The translations under genes were made by a program, and so were the position numbers. Shown in pieces: positions 1 through 7,617 of a DNA stretch of 64,000 nt. The stretch spans positions 1,910-65,909 of the forward strand of contig JANXUF010000082.1 of the NCBI GenBank assembly GCA_025356335.1. Direction: 5' to 3'. The stretch comes from Actinomycetes bacterium (lineage in GTDB: Bacteria > Actinomycetota > Acidimicrobiia > Acidimicrobiales > Ilumatobacteraceae). The first letter of the stretch is position 1. Every line of letters begins with the position of its first letter. The notes under the pieces were generated by a model. It did no database searches. It saw only the letters and a list, made by a program, of their open reading frames with translations, and was not told the origin of the DNA.

Positions 1-62
1 GGTCGCCGCACCAGCGCCGAGCAGTAGAGAACGACGACTTCGTAACCGTGCAGCGCTCTCCA

Positions 63-1877
63 TCAGGGGCCTAGGACGGTCGGCGATGCTGCCGTCGTCG
101 TTGTCCCTGCTGGCGTCGGTGCCGTCGTTGCCGGCAGTTTGCCGGCATCGGGTCCGGTCGTCAGTGCCTTGCCGGTCGGGACGAACTCCCACAACGTGAC
201 GTTGGTGTAGTCGCGCGTCATGACCCACGTGCCGACTGCCGTTTTCGCGTGTATTGCATCGAGGAGAGCCTGACCGTGGAAGGAAACCGCCGAACTCTTG
301 ACGACGACCACGAAGTCGAATCGCCCGATCGGATCTGCGGCGACGAGTTCGAAGTTGCGGTTCTCCGGAACGACGTATTGACGAGGCTCACGGGTCACCA
401 GGGTCTCGAAGTTCGAGACATCCGTTGCAACCTTCTTTCCCTGGGCGAGCACGGGGTCGAGCTCGTCCCTCAGCACGTAGTACTGGTGGAGATCGGACTC
501 GAACAGCTGGTTCGGACTCCCGAGGATCGGCGTCGAGACGGTATCCCGTCCGAGGAGGTACCGGAAGAAGATGTACTCGCCTTCCGGACCGGTGGCCCGC
601 TGGACTGCAAGATGCAGCGTTGCCGATATCACGCCCACAATCAGCACCCCGACGCCTGCGAAGGAGAGCCAAGGGCGCAGTCGGCGTCCGCGCGGCGCAC
701 CGGCCGCGTTGCTCGTCGGTGGCGACGAGGCCCACAACACCGCCACGACGCTGAAAACCGACAGCACCATATAGAACCGGGGCACGGCCCAACTCGTCCC
801 GGTGTGTACCTGGTAGGCGCTGACGAGCGGCAGAGCAAGCGCGCCGGCCAACAGCCCGAAGGTGGCTCGAAAAGTCCGACGGAGCGCCGCAACCGCGAAG
901 ACGATGCCGGGGGCGAGCACGGCGACGAGCTCCCCGCTGTATTTCAAGGAGTTGGCGAGCGTGCGATTCTCCGGCAACCACGGCGCATGCTCTGGGACCT
1001 TCGTCAGGCCGGAAGACGCGTGCAGGAAGAAGATCCAGTCCTTCATGATCAATTTCGATGCCAGCGCCCACACGGCAACCCACAGGAGTGTCGGGATCAT
1101 TGCCAGCGTGAACGCACGGACCCAGCGTGCACGTGGCAACTGCATGGCGACGCCCGCACAGAGGAACGGGGCGACGATCAGCATCTCGTAGCGCGTCGCC
1201 GTCCCGAGCGCAAGGGCCACGCCGAAGAACACGAGGTCCCACACCTGATGGCTTCTGCTCCACCGCGCATAGGCCAGCAAGGTCAAGGCGATGAAGCAGG
1301 CAAAGGTCGATTCGCTCATGCCGTTCGACGACATGTAGATCGTCAGCGGACTGAGTGCGAAGACGGCGCAGACCGTCACGACCAGCCACCGTGGCGCGCC
1401 GAGGACGCGGCCCGTGGATGCCAGCATCGGGATCGTCAAAGCACCGAAGAATGCACATGTCATCGGGCCGGCGAAGGCGGCTGCGCCCAATGGCTCGAGC
1501 AGTAGAACGAACGGGATACGGCTGAAGGTCGGAATCGGCATCCAGTAGAACCCGATGGCGCCGAGATGTGGATCTGAGCTGAGCACCATCAACTTGGCGT
1601 TGAGGGTTCTCGTCGTCGCATCGCCGAGCGAGTACAGCTTGACGTACATCATCCACCAGCCGGCGGCGAGGAACTCGAAGAAGGCGACGACCGTCATTGC
1701 CCACGGCCACCGCGATGCTCGTGGGTCTGGTTCAGGCTCCCCCCCTGGGGCGTCTGTGCCAGGTCTGGCAGGCTCGGCAATCGTCGGCGCCACAGCAGCC
1801 TCTTGCGCAACGGAGAACCCGTCTCGTTGTCGGTCCTCGACGATCTGTTCGTCGGGCCGCGTTTCCGTGATCATCAC
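63..1877 (-). CDS. Polytopic membrane protein, putative GT-C-fold (ArnT/PMT-like) glycosyltransferase
   Basis: 604-aa ORF with many hydrophobic helices (res ~55-430), an early loop YSLGDATTRT, a ~170-aa soluble C-terminal domain and a Thr/Pro/Ala-rich tail. Its start overlaps the stop of the upstream GT2 gene by 4 nt (1874-1877). The family call rests on architecture only. Confidence 0.5.
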   Translation of the reverse strand: MMITETRPDEQIVEDRQRDGFSVAQEAAVAPTIAEPARPGTDAPGGEPEPDPRASRWPWAMTVVAFFEFLAAGWWMMYVKLYSLGDATTRTLNAKLMVLSSDPHLGAIGFYWMPIPTFSRIPFVLLLEPLGAAAFAGPMTCAFFGALTIPMLASTGRVLGAPRWLVVTVCAVFALSPLTIYMSSNGMSESTFACFIALTLLAYARWSRSHQVWDLVFFGVALALGTATRYEMLIVAPFLCAGVAMQLPRARWVRAFTLAMIPTLLWVAVWALASKLIMKDWIFFLHASSGLTKVPEHAPWLPENRTLANSLKYSGELVAVLAPGIVFAVAALRRTFRATFGLLAGALALPLVSAYQVHTGTSWAVPRFYMVLSVFSVVAVLWASSPPTSNAAGAPRGRRLRPWLSFAGVGVLIVGVISATLHLAVQRATGPEGEYIFFRYLLGRDTVSTPILGSPNQLFESDLHQYYVLRDELDPVLAQGKKVATDVSNFETLVTREPRQYVVPENRNFELVAADPIGRFDFVVVVKSSAVSFHGQALLDAIHAKTAVGTWVMTRDYTNVTLWEFVPTGKALTTGPDAGKLPATTAPTPAGTTTTAASPTVLGP

Positions 1878-3496
1878 TCGCTACCGGCCTCTGCAACACC
1901 CGTCGCGATCAGTGCCGGGGTGGGGACATCAGTCGTCGGCCGGCCATCACCGGTACCGGTCCGGACTCGGGACAGACCGTGCTGGGTCTTCTCCCAATAG
2001 GCCGGGTCTCGCAGCAGTTGCCACAGCGCCTTGATCGCCGCCAGCGACATCAGCACCCAGTACAGCGGCATCAGCAGCGCAGCTTTGAACATCGACCGTT
2101 GCTGGTATTCGTAGGCGGTGATGCAGTTCATATAGAAGATCAGGCAGTTGCCGACGAGCCACAGGAACAGGCCCGTGTAGTACAGCGGGGCCGGCATGAT
2201 CTGGCGGAGGAACGCCGGCTCCAGAAGGAACCAGACGGCCAGCAGGAACCAGAACACCGGATTGAGAATTGCCAGAAGCGGCGTTCCGCCGACAAAGAGG
2301 TTGAACCGCAGGAACTGGCGCAAGCCGAGTTCCCGATACATCTGTCGCGGGTGGCGAAGGTGGACGAGCCACGTCTGCAGGTAGCCCTTGTACCAGCGGC
2401 TGCGCTGCTTCACCCAGTTGATGACGTCGGTGTTCGCCTCTTCCAGCGTTATTGAATCAAGCAGTTCAACCCTGTAACCCTGGCGGTACATGCGGATGCC
2501 GAGGTCCGCATCCTCCGTCACGTTGTAGCTGTCCCAGCCACCGAGCGGAACGAGGATGTCCCGCCTGAAGTGGTTCGATGTACCGCCGAGCGGAATCGGC
2601 GCATCCGTGACCTTGAGGCCGGGTAGGAATTGCGAGAACCACGTGCGGTACTCGATCGAGAACCATCTCGTCAGCAAATTCTCGTCGGCGTTGAAGTACG
2701 CCAGTTCCGCCTGTACGCAAGCGACTTCGGGGCCGCATCGGGTGAACGCGATCGCCATGCGGCGTAGTTGCAGCCGGTCCGGAACATCCTCTGCGTCGTA
2801 GATACTGACGATGTCGCCGGTGCTCGTCAGCAGTCCGTAGTTCAGCGCCTTCGGTTTGGTACGCGGCGCTGCGGCCGGGACGATCACCGCCTTGATGTGA
2901 TCGGGGAGTTCGAGCGATCCCACTGCCTCGGTGGTGTCGATGTCATCCTCCTCGAGGAGCAGCATCACCTGCAGGAGATGCTGCGGGTATTCGAGGTTGG
3001 CCAATCCGGTGACGACATCGCCGATGACTTCGGCCTCGTGATAGGCGGGAACGAGCACCGTGACGGTCGGCAGTTCGGACTCCGGGAACGCTCGCGCTTC
3101 GTCGTCGGGGATCGTGATCCGGCTCGTCCGCTGGCGGGCGGTGATCATCACGAGGTGGAGTCGGAACCACACCACACCCAGATAGGTCGCCATCGACAGG
3201 CCGAGCATCACGGTGCCGGTGCCGATCGGGAAGAAGGCGAATCCGGCCACCACCACGAGTGCCATCAGTATGAAGCCGGCCCGCTGCGGTGTGGTGAAGC
3301 GGGTCTTGGCCGAGTAGGCGGGGAAGGCCTCCGCCAGGCCGTCCCTCGCCCATTCCAACGAGTCGATGCTCTCGGCTGAGTGGTCGAACACGTGTGGCTC
3401 CACGAACTCAGGGGCAGCCCAGGAGCCGGACATTCCGACGACATCGGATGAGTCGGTTCCGCCGCCTGGATTGTTCGACTCGTCCTGCACCATCAA
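1874..3496 (-). CDS. Membrane-embedded family-2 glycosyltransferase (processive-synthase-like architecture)
   Basis: 540 aa. N-terminal TM pair, GT-A core (VLVPAYHEAEV, YDAEDVP) and a QRSRWYKG (QxxRW) motif, followed by several C-terminal TM helices. Confidence 0.8.
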   Translation of the reverse strand: MMVQDESNNPGGGTDSSDVVGMSGSWAAPEFVEPHVFDHSAESIDSLEWARDGLAEAFPAYSAKTRFTTPQRAGFILMALVVVAGFAFFPIGTGTVMLGLSMATYLGVVWFRLHLVMITARQRTSRITIPDDEARAFPESELPTVTVLVPAYHEAEVIGDVVTGLANLEYPQHLLQVMLLLEEDDIDTTEAVGSLELPDHIKAVIVPAAAPRTKPKALNYGLLTSTGDIVSIYDAEDVPDRLQLRRMAIAFTRCGPEVACVQAELAYFNADENLLTRWFSIEYRTWFSQFLPGLKVTDAPIPLGGTSNHFRRDILVPLGGWDSYNVTEDADLGIRMYRQGYRVELLDSITLEEANTDVINWVKQRSRWYKGYLQTWLVHLRHPRQMYRELGLRQFLRFNLFVGGTPLLAILNPVFWFLLAVWFLLEPAFLRQIMPAPLYYTGLFLWLVGNCLIFYMNCITAYEYQQRSMFKAALLMPLYWVLMSLAAIKALWQLLRDPAYWEKTQHGLSRVRTGTGDGRPTTDVPTPALIATGVAEAGSE

Positions 3497-3603
3497 CCGA
3501 CTTTGGACCCTGTTCTTCTGGTATTCAACTGACCGCCACCGAATTGCGGCGCAGTTGTCGCTGCGTTCGACTGCTGTTCACCTGGATGACGTCTGGCAGA
3601 CAC

Positions 3604-4401
3604 TCAGGCGGCGTTGGCGTACGATTCCGCACTCGTGCCCAGGGCGCGCCGGCTGCGGTATTTGACGACGTCGACGAGCACGTCGGCGGCGTACTGCATG
3701 CCGTTGACATGACACTTCTCGTCGCCGTAGTACGTCGGGATGGGGATCTCCACGAAGCGGCCGCCGGCGTCCTTGACGCCGAGGATGATCTGCGTGTCGA
3801 ACTCGAAGCCGTCAGCCATCGAGTCGAACGCCAGCTTGCGCAGCACCGATGTGCTGTAGGCGCGATAGCCGGAATGCCATTCCGTCAGATGGAGCCCGCT
3901 GGCAAGGTTTTGGCAGAACGTCAACAAGCGGTTGCCGAGGAACTTGTACATCGGCATCCCGCCGAGACGTGCACCACCGCGTGTCATCATGCGGGAGCCG
4001 AAAACCGCTTCGGCCTTGCCGTCGATGAGCGGGGTGACCATCGCCATCGCCAGCTCCGGCGCATACTGGCCGTCGCCGTGGATCATCACGACCTGTTCGA
4101 AGCCGAGCCGGATCGCCCACTGGTAGCAAAATTTCTGGTTGCCTCCGTAGCCACGATTCTTGATCTGCTTGACGACCGTGACGGGCACCTCAGGGTGAGC
4201 TTCGGCCCAACACTGTGCACGCCCGACGGTGTCGTCCTTCGATGCGTCGTCGCTCACGAGGATGGCGCCGACGGACCGGGAGAAGGTCGAAGGAATGCGG
4301 TCGAGGACCCACTCGATCGTCGACTCTGCGTTGTAGGTGACGATGACGATGGCAACACTGTGGAAAGCGGGAGCGGGAGCGGGTGCGGCGGCGGACTTCA
4401 T
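3604..4401 (-). CDS. Soluble family-2 glycosyltransferase, polyprenyl-phosphate-sugar synthase-like (DPM1/GtrB type)
   Basis: 265 aa with motifs VAIVIVTYNAESTI, VSDDASKDDT and MIHGDGQY. Confidence 0.75.
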   Translation of the reverse strand: MKSAAAPAPAPAFHSVAIVIVTYNAESTIEWVLDRIPSTFSRSVGAILVSDDASKDDTVGRAQCWAEAHPEVPVTVVKQIKNRGYGGNQKFCYQWAIRLGFEQVVMIHGDGQYAPELAMAMVTPLIDGKAEAVFGSRMMTRGGARLGGMPMYKFLGNRLLTFCQNLASGLHLTEWHSGYRAYSTSVLRKLAFDSMADGFEFDTQIILGVKDAGGRFVEIPIPTYYGDEKCHVNGMQYAADVLVDVVKYRSRRALGTSAESYANAA

Positions 4402-4584
4402 GGTGGATCTCCTTGCGAGGGGTCTGAAGGAAGAGCGGGTGTGCCGCGTCGGCGGCAGGAGCAGGACGGACCGGATCGGAGATCAACGGTCGGAGCTGCA
4501 GAGAACGATTGGTGGAGGCCACCGGCTTCGAGCTGAGGAACGGGCAGCGGCAGCAAGCCCGTCCCCCAGCATCGATTCGTTGGC

Positions 4585-4613
4585 GTGACCGATTCAGTTT
4601 GACTGAAGGTCAC
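4585..4613 (-). terminator. Putative hairpin terminator after the PstS-like gene
   Basis: gtgacc-ga-ttcag / tttga / ctgaa-ggtcac: an 11-bp stem with a 2-nt bulge, 11 nt past the stop at 4624. No U-tract, which is common in high-GC genomes. Confidence 0.35.
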
Positions 4614-4623
4614 TGCGTCATAG

Positions 4624-5880
4624 TTACTGCGTTGCTACCGAGCAGCCATAGCCACTGGTGCGTAGTGCGGCTGGAACGGTCTGGAAGCCCTCGGCGAAGA
4701 TTGCGCTGTTGATCTCCGTCTTGTAGTTCACACCGGTCACGGTGTCGGTCGTGTGCGAGGTCGACGACGGATGGCAGAGCCACGACACGAACTGGCGAAC
4801 GGCGCCACCCGGGCCACTCGTGGCTCCGTACACGGTGTCCGCCGCGTTGTTACAAGCCCCTGCAGCGCCAGGCGTTGTCACACAATCGGCGTCGGTGTTC
4901 TTGGTGACAAGGTAGAGCGTACGAAGCACCGGGTAAGTCTGGTTATTCGTGTTCGCCGCTGTGGGAGTTGCCGGAGCAACCGTGTAGTCGTTGGTCAATG
5001 CAACGAGGTTGCTGGCCACTGACGTTCCGGTGTTGGCAGACAATCCGGTGTTCGTGTACGGGTAGGTCTTCCAGTCTCCGAAGGACATCCACCACACGAA
5101 GTCATTCGGGTTGTTGTTGACGTTGGTATCGGCCAGCAGCGGCTTGACATCATTCTCAAACGGAGCGATGCCGGTCGTCAGCTTGCGGACACACGTCCCG
5201 AAGGTCGGGTTCCCCATCCACGTCACGAACGTCGATCGCGTGCCCGAGGAAGCGTTCATGTCCCACGGGACAACCGTGTCAGTGTCAGTGAATTTCAGCC
5301 CCGTCGTTGCATCGGTGAACTTGTCCCAGGTCGTGAACCCAGGCAGGCAGGAGTACATATTGAATAGGTCCTGCTTCGACAGGATCGCCTGACGCGTACC
5401 AAATGTGACGACAGCGATTGCATCTCGGCCGAAGCCCCAGCCAGTAGTGCTCGCCAATTCTGTCGACGATGGAACCCGCGACGAACGAGCGTACGTGATC
5501 GGCGGGTTGTACTGCACGCCTGTCGGTAGCAGGGAGTTGATACCGGCACCTGATCCGATGGCAGCAGCGTCGACGAGGACGTCATGGTCGTAGTTGCCCT
5601 TGACATCACCGGTCGAGGCCGGCGCGCCGGCACACTTTGCCTTGGTCGCACTCGTCGTGCCGGTGTCCAACGCACAGCCTGGAGCACCGTTGTACAATGT
5701 ATCGAGGCGTTGCTGGACGAGGTAGGTCGTGTCGGACCCGCCACCTACAACGACGTCCGGGGAGTCGTCGTAGCCCGAGCCGCTCGGGGCGGCGCTAGCG
5801 GTGTTGCTGGCAAACGTCGCTGCGATCAGGCCGAGCGAAACACCTGCGATGAGAAAGCGCTTGATCTTCATGTTGGTCAT
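4624..5880 (-). CDS. Secreted PstS-family / PBP-like phosphate-binding protein (third paralog, no C-terminal anchor)
   Basis: 418 aa. Signal peptide MKIKRFLIAGVSLGLIAATFASNTASA. PstS-like GGGSDTTY and GSGAGINS motifs. Lies 5 nt downstream of the 5886-6473 gene. Confidence 0.7.
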   Translation of the reverse strand: MTNMKIKRFLIAGVSLGLIAATFASNTASAAPSGSGYDDSPDVVVGGGSDTTYLVQQRLDTLYNGAPGCALDTGTTSATKAKCAGAPASTGDVKGNYDHDVLVDAAAIGSGAGINSLLPTGVQYNPPITYARSSRVPSSTELASTTGWGFGRDAIAVVTFGTRQAILSKQDLFNMYSCLPGFTTWDKFTDATTGLKFTDTDTVVPWDMNASSGTRSTFVTWMGNPTFGTCVRKLTTGIAPFENDVKPLLADTNVNNNPNDFVWWMSFGDWKTYPYTNTGLSANTGTSVASNLVALTNDYTVAPATPTAANTNNQTYPVLRTLYLVTKNTDADCVTTPGAAGACNNAADTVYGATSGPGGAVRQFVSWLCHPSSTSHTTDTVTGVNYKTEINSAIFAEGFQTVPAALRTSGYGCSVATQ

Positions 5881-5885
5881 CTCCT

Positions 5886-6473
5886 TCAGGCCACGTTCGC
5901 CATTTGGCGCTTGCGGGTGATCATGTAGGCACCGCCGAGTACGGCGGCCCCGCCGAGGGGCAGCAGCACGTTGAGCGGAACTTCCGGCGTGTTGGCTGGT
6001 GGCGAAAAGCTGATAGGGGTAAAGAAATCAGAGGCGCTGTTCGTCGGTGTGCCAGGCGCAATCCGGATGTAGCAGGTCGTGTAGACCGGCCCGCCGCTGG
6101 CGGTGAGGCCGGCGTTTCCGCAGCCCCAGTCACCGTTACCGGGCTCATCGCCGGTGAACAGTGCGAAGGCCGAACCGGCATAGTTGCCGGAGTTGTCCGA
6201 CTTGAATTGAACTTCGTTGTAGGACGAGCAGTCGTTGAGATAGTTGAACGTCGGATCGGTGTCCGTCTTGCGGCACTCCTCGACGAAGCCGTACTGGCCA
6301 GGCAGAAGCCCGGTCCACGACACGTTCACACTGGGGTTGGCACCCGGTGTGCCGTCGATCCCGCTGCTCGGCGTCACGATCACGGAGGCGGCATTGGCTG
6401 CAGCGGCGAAGCCGGCGATGCCGACTGCGGCGACTCCTGCTGCCACGGCAATTCGCTTGATGCGCATTGTCAT
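5886..6473 (-). CDS. Small secreted protein of unknown function with PANxPExP-type C-terminal sorting tail
   Basis: Signal peptide MRIKRIAVAAGVAAVGIAGFAAAANA, with AAAGGA as RBS upstream of the ATG at 6473. Cys-containing ~130-aa domain. C-terminus PPANTPEVPLNVLLPLGGAAVLGGAYMITRKRQMANVA. Confidence 0.7.
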   Translation of the reverse strand: MTMRIKRIAVAAGVAAVGIAGFAAAANAASVIVTPSSGIDGTPGANPSVNVSWTGLLPGQYGFVEECRKTDTDPTFNYLNDCSSYNEVQFKSDNSGNYAGSAFALFTGDEPGNGDWGCGNAGLTASGGPVYTTCYIRIAPGTPTNSASDFFTPISFSPPANTPEVPLNVLLPLGGAAVLGGAYMITRKRQMANVA

Positions 6474-6584
6474 TGTTGTCCTTTCAAGACACACTGGAAC
6501 CGCACGCCCTTCGTACGTTCCCGGGTCCAGTGTCCGGCAACAGCCACACGATTGGAACCCTTTAGAGGGACTGTTGGCGAGCCC

Positions 6585-6627
6585 GTTTCCGAACGTTCAT
6601 GTTGCGTCCGCCTCACGTTTCCTCACT
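6585..6627 (+). promoter_or_regulatory. Candidate PHO-box-like direct repeats upstream of the 5886-6473 / PstS3 unit
   Basis: gtttccgaac gttcatgttgc gtccgcctcac gtttcctcact: GTTYNNN units at 10/11-nt phasing. The units are on the strand opposite to the gene, which makes this the weakest of the five sites. Confidence 0.3.
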
Positions 6628-6687
6628 GCCGGGTCTGCGGCAAATCGGCGTTGAAGAGACCGCCGATCGGCCGGTGCGGAACGCCGG

Positions 6688-7617
6688 TCAGCGAGTCGCA
6701 GCAAGAAGACTGTCAGCAAACAACGCGAGCCAAAGGAAGGCGACGAGCGCAACCGGCGCGAGTACGGCCAACACAAGGAGCGATCGCCCGCGTGCCTTGA
6801 GCAATCGCCACGTCAGCGCCGATGCCATCAGTCCGAGGTTCCCGTACAGCAGGAAAAGACCTGAAGGTTCATCCGGATCCGTCGCCAGCAACGAGATCGT
6901 CCGGGGCGTCGTCGGACCACCGGCGACGGAGTCCGGAGTAGTCGCGGTCACGACGAACGAGTCGTCGCTTGACCACCCACCGGCACCCGTTACGAGCACC
7001 AGTGTCGAGGTGCGGTCACTGGCCGGAGGAAGGCCGGCGGCGAGTTCGCTCTGCGGATACCTCCGCACGCCTGTGACGGTGTATGTGATGACGGGGGCCC
7101 TATTGCGCGCCTCAACGTAGATATTGTCGCCCTGTTTCAACTCGGGCACACCCTTGAACGGCCCGCCGTAAACCGATCGGTGGCCGAAAACAACGAGCGC
7201 ACCCCGCTGGCCCGGAAGCACACTCGATACGCTGACCGCCGGACCAGACCTCAGATTCGTGGCGTTCGCCCCAACAACGATCACTTCATTGACTCCGAGC
7301 GTCGGAATCTGAATCACACCGAACGCATCGCCGTTGCTGACCTTCGGCCGTCCGGAAGCAATCGCTGCAGCGAGGTGCCGCTGGCGTTGATCGTGCATCA
7401 GTCCGGTGATGAGTCGTTCGTATACAAGCAATCCCACGAAGGCCACCAGCACGACGACAACGGCACGCTTCAACCATCTCTCGGCCGAAATCCGCCGATG
7501 GACTCGACCTTTCCTGCGGACCGGCTGTGGGGCGACGGGAAGCGCTGCGCCGAATAACGGTGGTCGGACGGCCGGCACCGCAACGGTCGATGGATCCCCG
7601 GTCATCAGGTCCATCAC
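6688..7617 (-). CDS. Sortase-fold membrane protein lacking the catalytic Cys and Arg (pseudo-sortase)
   Basis: 309 aa. N-terminal TM anchor. Sortase pattern VVFGHRSVYGGPF...LKQGDNIYVEA...ITYTV. The TLxTC site reads TLVLVTGAGG (Gly codon GGT at 6985-6987) and the downstream Arg position reads DDSFVVTA. Extra C-terminal TM helices. 4-nt overlap with the upstream PstS-like gene. Confidence 0.65.
   Translation of the reverse strand: MMDLMTGDPSTVAVPAVRPPLFGAALPVAPQPVRRKGRVHRRISAERWLKRAVVVVLVAFVGLLVYERLITGLMHDQRQRHLAAAIASGRPKVSNGDAFGVIQIPTLGVNEVIVVGANATNLRSGPAVSVSSVLPGQRGALVVFGHRSVYGGPFKGVPELKQGDNIYVEARNRAPVITYTVTGVRRYPQSELAAGLPPASDRTSTLVLVTGAGGWSSDDSFVVTATTPDSVAGGPTTPRTISLLATDPDEPSGLFLLYGNLGLMASALTWRLLKARGRSLLVLAVLAPVALVAFLWLALFADSLLAATR

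Noticed and set aside
249-1710. Long ORFs overlapping the 63-1877 gene (249-1505 on the plus strand, 388-1710 in an alternative minus-strand frame)
   Set aside because: They have Arg/Pro/Gly/His-rich, low-complexity composition typical of off-frame reading in high-GC DNA. They carry no motifs and fully overlap a compositionally normal membrane-protein gene.
5940-5960. LLPLGG in tails A and B read as an LPXTG-like sortase signal
   Set aside because: The LPxGG string is absent from tails C and D, whereas PANxPE is present in all four. The only sortase homolog nearby lacks the catalytic Cys. The exosortase-type interpretation therefore fits better, although a dual signal cannot be excluded.
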